A program made the translations under genes and the position numbers. Under the pieces are notes generated by a model. That model ran no database searches and had not been told where the DNA came from. It was given only the letters and a program-made list of their open reading frames with translations. Shown piece after piece: positions 10,038-18,828 of a stretch of DNA of 64,000 bases (within the stretch, counting starts at the first letter, position 1; the number at the start of each line of letters is the position of its first letter). This DNA is from Bradymonadia bacterium (GTDB taxonomy: Bacteria; Myxococcota_A; Bradymonadia; UBA7976; UBA1532): contig JBKAGE010000071.1 in assembly GCA_046290225.1 (NCBI GenBank), positions 64,001 through 128,000 of the forward strand, given 5' to 3'.

Positions 10038-11594
10038 TCAGTCCAACCATGAGTCGTGGGCGTCGAAGACGAGCTGGTTGCCTACAGCGCGAATGCCCGC
10101 TCCAGGAGGATCGTTGACGACGCCGCGCCCTTGAACGAACAACGCAGAGGACCCACCGCCATCGAGAGACATCGCTTGCACGCTGCCGAGGTCGAGCATG
10201 AGATCGGCAAGCTCGGTGCCGGTCATGCCCGGGCGGCCGTCGCGGCCGTCGACCACCGCCAGAATCAGATAGTCTTCGTTGATCCCTGCTGCGCTGCGTG
10301 GGTTGCGTTGAGTGAAGGTGGGATCATTGCTGGCTGTGGTGGTATCGGGCCACCGCCCGCCGTCGATGACCACGGTTTTGCCGCTGACGAGGTGATGGCC
10401 GCCGGCGGGCTGAGCGAAGCCGATGGGGGCATAGCGACCGTAGAGCAGATCACCTGCGGCGCTCTGGCCTACATAACCTTCGCGATGATCGCCCGTGGTG
10501 CCTCGGAATACACCATCAGATGCGCTGAAGCCGGCAAAGTAGTCCGGTAGGTAGCACCCGAACCAGTTGCCGTTGATGGCGACGGTGCCGCCAAAGTGTC
10601 CGGGCGTTCTGCCGCGTACGCTCACCGCGCCGTTGTTGCACCGCCCCTGAGGCTCCGGTGTCGGGACGCGCAGATCACCCCCGCGACCAAAGTCGATGTA
10701 GGCCACATAGACATGCCCTCGACGGGCAAGGACCACACCTGGTGCGATCTGTGTACGGTCGTAGCCTGCAGCGTTCGCGTCGACGAATGTGCAGAACTCC
10801 GATGGGCGGTACACGAAACGCAGGGCGCTCTCCGCCGAGTTCGCGAAGGCCACGACAACGTCGACCCGCGACATTCGACCTGAGCCGAGCTCGTCCAACC
10901 AGAAAGCAAGACCCGCCGGCTCAGCGTCGCGATCGAGGGCGTTCTGGTAGACCCTGCGGATGAAGGCCTCGTCGTCGAGACCATCATAGATCAAGCCGAA
11001 CTCGACCGAGCCGCCAAAGGCTGCGGCGATGGCGTCGAGGCTGGTGCCGGTCTGATAGGCGTTGATCCACCCGTTGCCGCCAGCAATGTCGGCCTCACGA
11101 CCGAAGAATCCTCGATAGAACCGCAAGATGGTCGTGTGCGCCGGATCGCACGAGGGGCTGACACGTTCGAAGGGCACCGCGGCATCGGGCTCGGGGGGCT
11201 GGGCGTCAGGTGGAGGCGGCGCGGCATCGGGCGGAGAGGGCTCGGCATCGGGCACAGCGATGTCAGCTGGTCCGGTCGCAGCATCTCGAGCCATGCCCGA
11301 GGCGTCATGTGGCAGGTCCGACGCGTCGTGTACCGACACCATCGCGTCTGTCTCTGTCACTGCCATATCTGGCTCAACACTCGAGGCGTCGAGGCCACGG
11401 GCGTCTCGTGACGGGTCTGCGTCGAACAGCTCGAAGGCGCTCGATGCGTCTGCTGCATCTGCTGTGACGCCTGCGTCGCTGCCGAAGCTGGCGTCGCGCG
11501 AAACGCCGGCCTCAGGTACTTCGGCGCCAGAATCGTGGGCGACCTCGGCGCAACCAGACGCCAGGATCGCAGTGATGAGCAAGAGTGACTTCAT
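10038..11594 (-). CDS. Lipoprotein with DUF4214-like domain and C-terminal phosphodiester glycosidase (NAGPA/DUF2233) domain
   Basis: Lipobox LASGC; Asp/Ala/Pro linker; FIRRVYQNALDRDAEPAGLAFW (DUF4214-like); NPRSAAG...VVDGR...AMSLDGGGSS (NAGPA family). Confidence 0.8.
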   Translation of the reverse strand: MKSLLLITAILASGCAEVAHDSGAEVPEAGVSRDASFGSDAGVTADAADASSAFELFDADPSRDARGLDASSVEPDMAVTETDAMVSVHDASDLPHDASGMARDAATGPADIAVPDAEPSPPDAAPPPPDAQPPEPDAAVPFERVSPSCDPAHTTILRFYRGFFGREADIAGGNGWINAYQTGTSLDAIAAAFGGSVEFGLIYDGLDDEAFIRRVYQNALDRDAEPAGLAFWLDELGSGRMSRVDVVVAFANSAESALRFVYRPSEFCTFVDANAAGYDRTQIAPGVVLARRGHVYVAYIDFGRGGDLRVPTPEPQGRCNNGAVSVRGRTPGHFGGTVAINGNWFGCYLPDYFAGFSASDGVFRGTTGDHREGYVGQSAAGDLLYGRYAPIGFAQPAGGHHLVSGKTVVIDGGRWPDTTTASNDPTFTQRNPRSAAGINEDYLILAVVDGRDGRPGMTGTELADLMLDLGSVQAMSLDGGGSSALFVQGRGVVNDPPGAGIRAVGNQLVFDAHDSWLD

Positions 11595-11672
11595 GGGTCA
11601 AGGGTAGGGGGGGGACGTACTGGACACAATTAGAGGTCCTCACAAAACAGCCCGCACACATCTGTAGAGTGG

Positions 11673-12374
11673 TCAGGTGGTGGCCTCTCGCAGCGGTCTA
11701 CGGGCGATCTCGGCGGCTTCGTCTTCTCCTAAGCCAAGATGTCGTAGGACCATGGTGGCCGTGCGCTCCGGGAGATCCTCCACGTCGAGCAGCACTGGGG
11801 CTGCGTCTCGCGCAGGCAGCGCCTGACCATGGGTCATCTCAGTGGCCACCATCGCGGCGCTCAGGATCGTCCCGCCCACCGAGATGATCGTCATCAGGGG
11901 ATCGCTCGCTGTGAAGCGACCCGAGGCGAAGCCCCGCTGCATGTCACCGAGGAAGTGCGCCCCCATGCGTTGCGTGAAGGCCTGGGCAGAGTAGCTGATG
12001 TAGAGAAAAAAGCGCCCCCAGATCGGATCGCGAGTCACCTGCACGATGGTGTTGCGCACAGCGGTGGAGACGATCTCGGCGGGATCATCGGTGGACCCTG
12101 CGGACTGGTTCAACGCGTCTGCGAAGGCGTTGAACACCTCGTCCACCAGCTGGTCGTAGATGTCGTCTTTCGATTGAAAGTAGTTGTAGAATGAGCCGAA
12201 GCCCACATCGGCGGCTTCGGTGATTTGGTTGATGGCCACGCCCTCTTTGCCTTGGGTGGCCATCAAGGTCATGGCCGCCCTCATCAGGCGCTCGCGGGTC
12301 TCCCGCTTTCGCCGCTCACGTCGTGACTCTTTGGGGGGCTGATTCTCTGTGCGGGTGACTTTCTTCTCGGCCAT
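11673..12374 (-). CDS. TetR/AcrR family transcriptional regulator
   Basis: HTH AINQITEAADVGFGSFYNYFQSKDDI. ATG at 12374 chosen. Confidence 0.92.
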   Translation of the reverse strand: MAEKKVTRTENQPPKESRRERRKRETRERLMRAAMTLMATQGKEGVAINQITEAADVGFGSFYNYFQSKDDIYDQLVDEVFNAFADALNQSAGSTDDPAEIVSTAVRNTIVQVTRDPIWGRFFLYISYSAQAFTQRMGAHFLGDMQRGFASGRFTASDPLMTIISVGGTILSAAMVATEMTHGQALPARDAAPVLLDVEDLPERTATMVLRHLGLGEDEAAEIARRPLREATT

Positions 12375-12543
12375 GCGCTCGCGCTCTCGGGGTGACTGTA
12401 GTGCTCGAAGTGCCGACCAGAGCAGTGTCTGCAATATCACCCCGAAGATGACCAAAATACAACCTGTCTCGAGGTGAGTGAGGGCGCTGGCCGCATCTAC
12501 GTGAGGCCCGTCTCGTGAGCCGCCTCGAAGGCGTTCGAGTGGC

Positions 12544-13362
12544 TCAGAAAACCTGGTATCCCACGGCCATGCTCAGCACCACGGTGTGGCCATAGGAGCC
12601 AAAGATGTCCACCAGGTAATCTTCGGATGCCTGTTCGAATGTGTCCCAGGCCTGAGCAGGCCCTGAAGAGAAGTTCCGTTCCACTGTGGCGCTGGAGCTC
12701 ACAGTGAAGGCACCACCCAGAGCTGCCCGAAGCCAGAGAGCGTCCCAGGCGGACCACATCCACCCCACTTCTAGATCCACCATGTGAAGCGTGGCGCTGG
12801 CCTCGAACCCGCGATCACTGTTCCCGATGTTCGGGGTTTCGATCTCCGCTGCTGTCGCCAGCTCCTGTGCGGTGACCGTGCCACCGCTTGACACGCCGAC
12901 GAAGGCATACCCGGCCTCGAAGTAGAAGCCCTTGTCCGCCCAGGGCTGCCAGCCCACATGCGTACGGGAGATCAAGCTGTCGGAGATGATGGTCTCGATG
13001 AGCAAGGCGGTGGGCTCACCATACCAGTCGAGGGCCTCGGCGGTGTTGTTGATGAGATCGACGTAGGCCCCGGGCATGTAACCGATCGAGGTGCCGAAGC
13101 GGATACGGTTCGGTGTGGTCAATGTCGCCCGCAAGCCGATTTGGACTGGGACGTCGTTGACCAGCTCTGTCGTGAGGTGCCACGCCCCAAGCTGAGCGTC
13201 ATCCCCTTGAGACGCCTGCGCTGGATCAGTGGCCGAGGCGTCTTCAGAAGAAGGCTCTGCGGTTGCTGTCTCAGTGTCTTGAGGCGTTCCCCAGGCCATC
13301 GACACGGTCGACAGAAGACAAGCTCCAGTCAAAGCAAGCCGGGATACCAGCGCAGTTGTCAT
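12544..13362 (-). CDS. Secreted probable outer-membrane beta-barrel protein
   Basis: Signal peptide (ALTGACLLSTVSMAWG), alternating amphipathic strands and C-terminal AVGYQVF ending in Phe. Purine-rich RBS (GGAGGGAGAAGGA) before ATG 13362. Confidence 0.65.
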   Translation of the reverse strand: MTTALVSRLALTGACLLSTVSMAWGTPQDTETATAEPSSEDASATDPAQASQGDDAQLGAWHLTTELVNDVPVQIGLRATLTTPNRIRFGTSIGYMPGAYVDLINNTAEALDWYGEPTALLIETIISDSLISRTHVGWQPWADKGFYFEAGYAFVGVSSGGTVTAQELATAAEIETPNIGNSDRGFEASATLHMVDLEVGWMWSAWDALWLRAALGGAFTVSSSATVERNFSSGPAQAWDTFEQASEDYLVDIFGSYGHTVVLSMAVGYQVF

Positions 13363-13488
13363 TCCTTCTCCCTCCATCGTTTGAACAGGCCTGACCAAAG
13401 GCAAGGGCATGGGGCCCGAGTACGTGCTGGCGTACATGTCGAGCCGCTCCACGTTGCTCTTGTCGTTCGCTGTGTACGTTGTGGTCAA

Positions 13489-13508
13489 AATTGATGAAGT
13501 TGTCAATT
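13489..13508 (-). promoter_or_regulatory. Putative sigma-70 -35 box overlapped by a palindromic (TetR-type) operator
   Basis: AATTGA-N8-TCAATT dyad containing a perfect TTGACA on the minus strand (13506-13501), upstream of the beta-barrel and TetR genes. Confidence 0.4.
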
Positions 13509-13716
13509 ATGGTTTTTTGGGGCGGGGTCATGAGGGAGGAGCAAGCTGAGAGCAGTCTGCGAAGACGCTGAAGGGCAGAGGTGGGCACTCACGACGTGGT
13601 CGCCATGCTCTGGATCATCTTCTGTATGGCTTGGGGGTTGGCACGGCTGCGTGTGTATAGAGCAGGGGGAGCGGGCAATCGTGCGAAGGAGCTGGGGCCG
13701 ATACGGGCTGCGCAGC

Positions 13717-13968
13717 TCAGGCTGGGGAGGCGCTGTGCTCGGCGAATTCGATGGTGGCGTGGACATCCCCAAAGACGATGCGCGGACACTTGACTGTGGC
13801 GGGCGGGCACGACGCTGGCACTCGAAGAGAGGTGAAGAACCCAGCTCCTGTGAGATCGCGTGAGACGACTTCCGCTTCTTTCAACTGGCCCCGAAGCAGG
13901 GCGAGCACAGGGTGCTCGCCTGCGAGAAGTCGTTCCAGAACAGCGTCCTCAAGCGGGGTCAGTCCCAT
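13717..13968 (-). CDS. Small hypothetical protein, possibly C-terminally truncated
   Basis: ATG overlaps the smug1 stop (TGATG coupling). Protein-like sequence LTPLEDAVLERLLAGEHPVL...RDLTGAGFFT. Confidence 0.55.
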   Translation of the reverse strand: MGLTPLEDAVLERLLAGEHPVLALLRGQLKEAEVVSRDLTGAGFFTSLRVPASCPPATVKCPRIVFGDVHATIEFAEHSASPA

Positions 13969-14675
13969 CAGAGGATCTCGGCCTCAGTGAGCGCCTTCGT
14001 CATCAACGGGGCCCACCCCCGGTTCGCCAGTGGGCTTGCCGGGCTGGGGTGAGGGACCGAGCTGATCTGCACGTCGAGGTCACCCACCACGGCCTTGGCC
14101 TTCTTCTCGGCGTATTTGCCCACGCCAATCACGTGCTTGGGCTGGAAGTACTCCACAGTGCGCCGCAGTGCCTTGTCGCAGGCGGCATCCATGGGCTCTC
14201 GCTCGGACTTGGGCAGCTTGTCGGGGGTGCGGTTGCGGCCTGACTCTTCCATGAAGACCAGTGGGCTGTAGTTGGCGATGAAGAACCGCTCGAAGAACTT
14301 CTCCGGGGTGCCGTAGGTGTCTTTGCACCAACCCCACAGGCGCCGCCCGCTCACCTCGCTACGGCTGCACTCGAAGCCCAGCACCGGGCGCTTCGGGTGC
14401 TCGACGGCGGGTTTGCCGATCTCCGCCTCGATGCCCAGCCAGTTGCGCACGTGATCGATCTCACCGAAGGGCACTCCCACCTGGGCCATACCGTAAGGCC
14501 CGGGGTTCATACCGATGAGCAAAATCTCACGTGGGCCTTTGCCGTACTTCTCGCAGTACGCGTCCCACGCTTTTCGCGCGTAGAGTAGTGGGTTGTACAC
14601 GTGAGTGACCGGTGTCCCGAAGGTCAGCGGGGCCAACTCGGTGATGAGATCGTTGGTGATGCGGTTGAGGCTCAT
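13968..14675 (-). CDS. smug1: SMUG1-type (family 3) uracil-DNA glycosylase
   Basis: VYNPLLYA, GMNPGPYGMAQVGVPFG (motif 1), RSEVSGRRLW, HPSPASP (motif 2). Start taken as ATG 14675 (MSLNRITN). Confidence 0.93.
   Translation of the reverse strand: MSLNRITNDLITELAPLTFGTPVTHVYNPLLYARKAWDAYCEKYGKGPREILLIGMNPGPYGMAQVGVPFGEIDHVRNWLGIEAEIGKPAVEHPKRPVLGFECSRSEVSGRRLWGWCKDTYGTPEKFFERFFIANYSPLVFMEESGRNRTPDKLPKSEREPMDAACDKALRRTVEYFQPKHVIGVGKYAEKKAKAVVGDLDVQISSVPHPSPASPLANRGWAPLMTKALTEAEIL
14601..14660. repeat. 60-bp direct repeat, copy A (within the smug1 5' end)
   Basis: gtgagtgaccggtgtcccgaaggtcagcggggccaactcggtgatgagatcgttggtgat matches 15363-15422 at 56/60 positions. Confidence 0.95.
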
Positions 14676-14838
14676 GGGGCGACCCTCGATTGGGGTCGTC
14701 TGATGAACTCTATGCTGTCGGTCGTCATCCCTACTTCCGAGCCCCAATGAACAGCTTGTGGTCGCAGGCTTCCATCTGTTCGAGCCACCGACGGCCAGGT
14801 GAGCGCCGATTGCCAGCGAGGCGTACCAAGGGCCGTTT

Positions 14839-15288
14839 TCACAATTTACTCCGTCCCTCGTAGAGGGTCTCAAGCTCCCCAGAGCTGGTTTGACGCTGCA
14901 ACCGGACTGCCTTGCATAGAACCCAACCTTCGGTCCCCACAGATGACTGAACCTCGAACGCCCATGCACCAGCCGCCTGGAGGCATTCGGGCAACTGATT
15001 AACTGAGTCGAATTTGAGCGGCCATAGGTAGTTTTGAGTACTGTGAAACTGGCTTCGCCTTTGGTCCACGAAGTAGTCGAGCTCCACACGTTCGATATCG
15101 AATAGCACCGTGGTGGGGCCCCCGTTTACAAGTTCATAAGCGAGAACTTCCTCAAATGTGACAACCGTTCGGGGGACCGGAACGCCACGCCCACCACTGA
15201 CCACAAGCTCGATCACGCTCTTTCCGTTGAAGTCTGCTGAGACACTCATGAGGTATCCGTCGCCGACGTAGGTGCTGAAGCTCCGCAC
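14839..15288 (-). CDS. Hypothetical protein, compositionally foreign (alternative start ATG 15249)
   Basis: 149-aa ORF with globular sequence (VTFEEVLAYEL...LFDIE...FEVQSSVGTEGWVLCK). Visibly more A/T-rich than its neighbours. Confidence 0.65.
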   Translation of the reverse strand: MRSFSTYVGDGYLMSVSADFNGKSVIELVVSGGRGVPVPRTVVTFEEVLAYELVNGGPTTVLFDIERVELDYFVDQRRSQFHSTQNYLWPLKFDSVNQLPECLQAAGAWAFEVQSSVGTEGWVLCKAVRLQRQTSSGELETLYEGRSKL

Positions 15289-15305
15289 TCCTGGTTTACC
15301 TTCCG

Positions 15306-15455
15306 CTACTGGGGCTGGCTGGGCTTGTTGCGATGTGTCAGACCACAGATGGGAGTGGGATGGTGAGTGACCAGTGTCCCGAAGGTCAGCGGGGCCAGCT
15401 CGGCGATGAGCTCGTTGGTGATCTGCGCCAAGGCGGACACGTCTGGCTCACTCAT
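15306..15455 (-). pseudogene. Truncated duplicate of the smug1 N-terminus (contains direct repeat copy B, 15363-15422)
   Basis: MSEPDVSALAQITNELIAELAPLTFGTLVTH versus smug1 MSLNRITNDLITELAPLTFGTPVTH, followed by unrelated sequence and a stop. Its ATG overlaps the end of the upstream VOC gene. Confidence 0.85.
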
Positions 15456-15795
15456 GGTGCCAGATACCGTGGTCGACCCCACCCTGGATGTAGATGGCGA
15501 AGGTGCCTTGCCCAGGAAGCAACATAGGCGGAACTGCGATCTCGGCGCCCGCTGCCTGGGCGGCTTCAACGGCTGCAGCGACGTCTTCCACCAGAAAGTA
15601 CGGCCGGACGATGGGGGCTTCGGTCTCCCTCATCGGAGCGCGGATGCCGAGTTTCGCACCGTCTGGGAGCGTCGCCGTTCGAGCATTGCCCAGAGCTGGG
15701 ACTGGCGCGCTGAAGGTCACTCCATATGTCTTCGCGTATGTCGCGCAGACGGCTTCGACCTCGGGCGTGACGATCTCCAGATATCCGATCTGCAT
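15448..15795 (-). CDS. VOC/glyoxalase family protein
   Basis: MQIGYLEIVT...RPYFLVEDVAAAVEAAQAAGAEIAVPP...GTFAIYIQGGVDHGIW. GAGGAG RBS before ATG 15795. Confidence 0.88.
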   Translation of the reverse strand: MQIGYLEIVTPEVEAVCATYAKTYGVTFSAPVPALGNARTATLPDGAKLGIRAPMRETEAPIVRPYFLVEDVAAAVEAAQAAGAEIAVPPMLLPGQGTFAIYIQGGVDHGIWHHE

Positions 15796-15967
15796 TGCGC
15801 TCCTCTTCGACCCTGTCGGCGGTTGGGGGGTCATTGACCAGTCGACCCTCTGTCCTGGCTGCCTTGTACACGATCACCCAGCAGGCATCGAGTGGGGCCG
15901 AATGCGCTGTGGCGTCGCGCGATGTTTACCGGCACTCTTGCACCCCCGAGTCTGACGTGGAGCGCAC

Positions 15968-16516
15968 ATGAGAATCGTCGGCGGCATCTGGGCCAATCAA
16001 TACCTGTCTTCTCCCGGGCGTCGGGTACGCCCCACTCAAGAGGACGTCCGAGTGGCCTGGATGGAGCACCTCGGCCCGCGCATCGAAGGTGCCCGAGTAC
16101 TCGATCTTTTCTCGGGCACGGGCGCCCTGGGCCTCGAAGCGCTCTCTCGGGGCGCTGCTTCGGTGGACTTCGTGGAGTCGGGTCATCAAGCGATGCACTC
16201 GCTCAAGGCCAACATCGCCGCCCGTAAGCTCAAGCCCCTGAAGAAGGGACAGCGCCCCTCTGTGGAGCGCAAATCGATTCGGTTGTTCAAGAAAGACGCG
16301 ATTCAGTTCGCCGGCAGGCTACGCCCTGAGTCGTACGACCTGGCCTTTGCCGATCCGCCCTACGATTCGCTGAAGCTCGATCGCATCTTGTCGCTCTGGC
16401 ACGAGCGCCGGTTCGCCAAGGTGTTCTGTGTGGAGCATGCGCCGGATCGAGAGGTGCCGTCTGGTGGCCGCACTTGGATCTACGAGCACTCGGGGCTGAC
16501 GTTCTACGGGATGTAG
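15968..16516 (+). CDS. rsmD: RsmD family 16S rRNA m2G966 methyltransferase
   Basis: MRIVGG, VRPT, VLDLFSGTGALGLEALSRGA, FADPPY. Confidence 0.9.
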   Translation: MRIVGGIWANQYLSSPGRRVRPTQEDVRVAWMEHLGPRIEGARVLDLFSGTGALGLEALSRGAASVDFVESGHQAMHSLKANIAARKLKPLKKGQRPSVERKSIRLFKKDAIQFAGRLRPESYDLAFADPPYDSLKLDRILSLWHERRFAKVFCVEHAPDREVPSGGRTWIYEHSGLTFYGM

Positions 16517-16624
16517 AGGGTCATGGAGGTGGAGGGTGGCCAGCTGATTGTGCAATGCCGTTGATTGTTACTGGGGGATGCATGCTCTGTTCGGTGTTTG
16601 GTGTTTGAAAGGTGGGTGATGGTT

Positions 16625-16965
16625 CGGGGGTCGCTCCGCTGGCAAGAGAGTCTTCGGGCACGGGCACGGGCACGGGCACGGGCACGAGTTGATACATACC
16701 TGGACCCGTGGCCCTGCATGACTCAGGGCGAAGGTTGCCATTGAAGCTGAGATGATGTGTTTCTGAACGACCAGAATACTCAGGTATTGGTGTGTATTGA
16801 GGGCCAAAGCCTGCACTGAGAAAAACGAAGGGCCGAGTAGAGCCTTCGCCATCACACCCACGAGCGGAGTCATACAGGGCCACGGGTCCAGGTATGTATC
16901 AACTCGTGCCCGTGCCCGTGCCCGTGCCCGTGCCCGAAAACTCTCTTACCCGCGGAGCGCCCCCG
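16625..16965. repeat. Non-coding fold-back element with (GGGCAC)5/(GTGCCC)5 inverted arms, copy 1
   Basis: Arms 16625-16724 and 16867-16965 are reverse complements (4 mismatches and a 1-nt gap). Internal part is homologous to 57613-57822. Confidence 0.92.
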
Positions 16966-16966
16966 T

Positions 16967-17668
16967 TTACTGCCCTATCTCCGACAGCTCTATGGCATGC
17001 AGACGGCCACGAATATCACCATAGTAGGTCTGCCCCGTAGTGTGCAGATTGAAGTACAGTTCCCCCTGAGCTGCGACATACTTCATACCCGAGATGGTCT
17101 TGTGATCGTCGTTGATGCCCTGAATGATCGGGCAGCCCGAAAGAAAGCCCTCGAGGCCGCCATGGCTGTGCCCCAGTGAGGCCACGATGTGGGAGAAGTC
17201 CGCGGTGAAGTTCAGCTCACCGTCGGCGAAGGCCTCGGGCAGATCCAAGAATATGCCGAGGTCGAGCATGATGGGCCCGAGCTGATCGGGCTTGCCGCAG
17301 TGGATGTGGAACATGTTGATGGTTGAAGGATCGATGCCCTCAACTGCGATGTCCACCTGGGCGTAGCGCAGATCTTTGGTGAAGCGCACCATGCCATGGC
17401 CCTTGGAGGGGCGGTCGACGCGATCCGTCGACGCCGTAGTGGATTGGAAGGCCTCAGGGGTGCCCGGAGGCGTCTCGCTCTCGTCACCGGGCTCCTGGTG
17501 AGGGCTCAAGAAAGCCTCGTAGGCAAAGCCCACCTCGATGCCCTTCGAGGGGTTGAGGGTCACCGCCGGAAATCCCCCCTGGGCGGTGTCCTGAGCCTGG
17601 GAGTCAGAGCAACCAGCGAGGCCGGCGAGGGCAAGCGTCAACATCAGATTGGAACGACAGAACAACAT
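16967..17668 (-). CDS. CHRD-domain lipoprotein
   Basis: Lipobox LAGC; FHIHCGKPDQLGPI and ELYFNLHT...GDIRGRL are CHRD motifs. Confidence 0.85.
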   Translation of the reverse strand: MLFCRSNLMLTLALAGLAGCSDSQAQDTAQGGFPAVTLNPSKGIEVGFAYEAFLSPHQEPGDESETPPGTPEAFQSTTASTDRVDRPSKGHGMVRFTKDLRYAQVDIAVEGIDPSTINMFHIHCGKPDQLGPIMLDLGIFLDLPEAFADGELNFTADFSHIVASLGHSHGGLEGFLSGCPIIQGINDDHKTISGMKYVAAQGELYFNLHTTGQTYYGDIRGRLHAIELSEIGQ

Positions 17669-17787
17669 GTAATTTCACCTCCATTGCTGGAGGTAAGGTA
17701 GGCAGGCTCCCCATGCGCAACAACGTCCGGAACCGGCCGAATCGTCCAGATCTGGTCATGCGGTTTCGCTGGCGTTTTGCGCGGCGC

Positions 17788-18678
17788 TCAGAGATCCATG
17801 CCTTGGGTGAACTCGACGAGCCCCTGCACCACATCGGCGATCTGCGGGCGACTCGACAGACCACCTGGTGCGAATATCCGGCATGTGATGTCGATGCCAA
17901 TCACATCTTCAAAGAGAGTATGCAGTGTCGGCATGTGCGTCATTGCGGGATGGGACATCGGCGGAGGAGAGAGGGCGATGGCGTAGCCGGTCAGAGCAGC
18001 GTGATCACAGAACGCGATGTCATCGGTGATGGCCACAGGGCTCACGGGCATCGTGCCGCCGTCGATGAGGGGCAATGTATCTCTGGGGCCCACCATCGAG
18101 CACGTGACGATGTCGTGTTTGGCGAGATCCTCGATGGTCTCTGGCCGGCCCTTCCGGGCGATGTACATGTCCGATATTCGGAGGCGCAGAGGGATGTCCA
18201 CCAGCTTGCGGGTGATCCAGACCCCTTCTTCAGGGATCTCGGTGTTCAGGGTGATGGCGAAGTCACCCTCGTGGGCGAGAGTGGCCAGGGCATCGTTTCT
18301 GATGCGCAGCCCGAAGTTGAGGCGTGGATTTCTACTGCGCAACATCTCGGCAATGCTGAACGCCAGCAGATGGCTCAACCCGGTCTGGATGATCACCACG
18401 ACGGTCTGCTCAGGGGGCGCGATGGTGCCCCGTATCGACGACTCTACCTGCTCGGCATGCATCAGCAGGCGTCGGGCCAGCTCTTCCAGGGCGCGGCCTC
18501 GTTGGGTGAGCATCTGGGGCCGACTCTTGTCCACGAAGAGCGGGCAGTTGAGGCTGTCTTCCAGCGATTCGAGTCGCCGCCGCAGGGTAGAGCGTGGGGT
18601 GCCAGTGGCTTGAGCTGCCCCGCTCAGCGAGCCCACGTCGACCACGGCGACGAAGGCCCGCAGCTCATCGAGTTCCAT
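17788..18678 (-). CDS. LysR family transcriptional regulator
   Basis: N-terminal wHTH ELRAFVAVVDVGSLSGAA...STLRRRLESLEDSLNCPLF; 296 aa; divergent from a VOC gene. Confidence 0.92.
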   Translation of the reverse strand: MELDELRAFVAVVDVGSLSGAAQATGTPRSTLRRRLESLEDSLNCPLFVDKSRPQMLTQRGRALEELARRLLMHAEQVESSIRGTIAPPEQTVVVIIQTGLSHLLAFSIAEMLRSRNPRLNFGLRIRNDALATLAHEGDFAITLNTEIPEEGVWITRKLVDIPLRLRISDMYIARKGRPETIEDLAKHDIVTCSMVGPRDTLPLIDGGTMPVSPVAITDDIAFCDHAALTGYAIALSPPPMSHPAMTHMPTLHTLFEDVIGIDITCRIFAPGGLSSRPQIADVVQGLVEFTQGMDL

Positions 18679-18828
18679 CTGCGCTCTCGTTTTTGTTCGG
18701 ATTCATGGTGCTCTGCTCTCCTGAGGTGTCGCAGAAAAATCACATATGCTGGCTTGTGCGATCATCTTCAGTGATGCATACACGGTGACTAGACAAACGT
18801 TCACCTTTTTGCTGAGCCAGGAGACCAT

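Noticed and set aside
13717..13719. TGA as a possible selenocysteine or readthrough codon
   Set aside because: No redox-motif context, and the read-through sequence is not protein-like.
14676..14838. Integron attC site downstream of the foreign gene
   Set aside because: No RYYYAAC...GTTRRRY core pair is visible, and there is no integrase in the window.
16656..16935. CRISPR array interpretation of the repeats
   Set aside because: Tandem hexamers in inverted orientation, with no repeat-spacer periodicity and no cas genes.
16504..17024. Short ORFs encoding RARARA/PVPVPV/CPCPCP (also at 57191-58171)
   Set aside because: Translations of the hexamer repeats within the non-coding fold-back elements; they appear on both strands and have no coding hallmarks.
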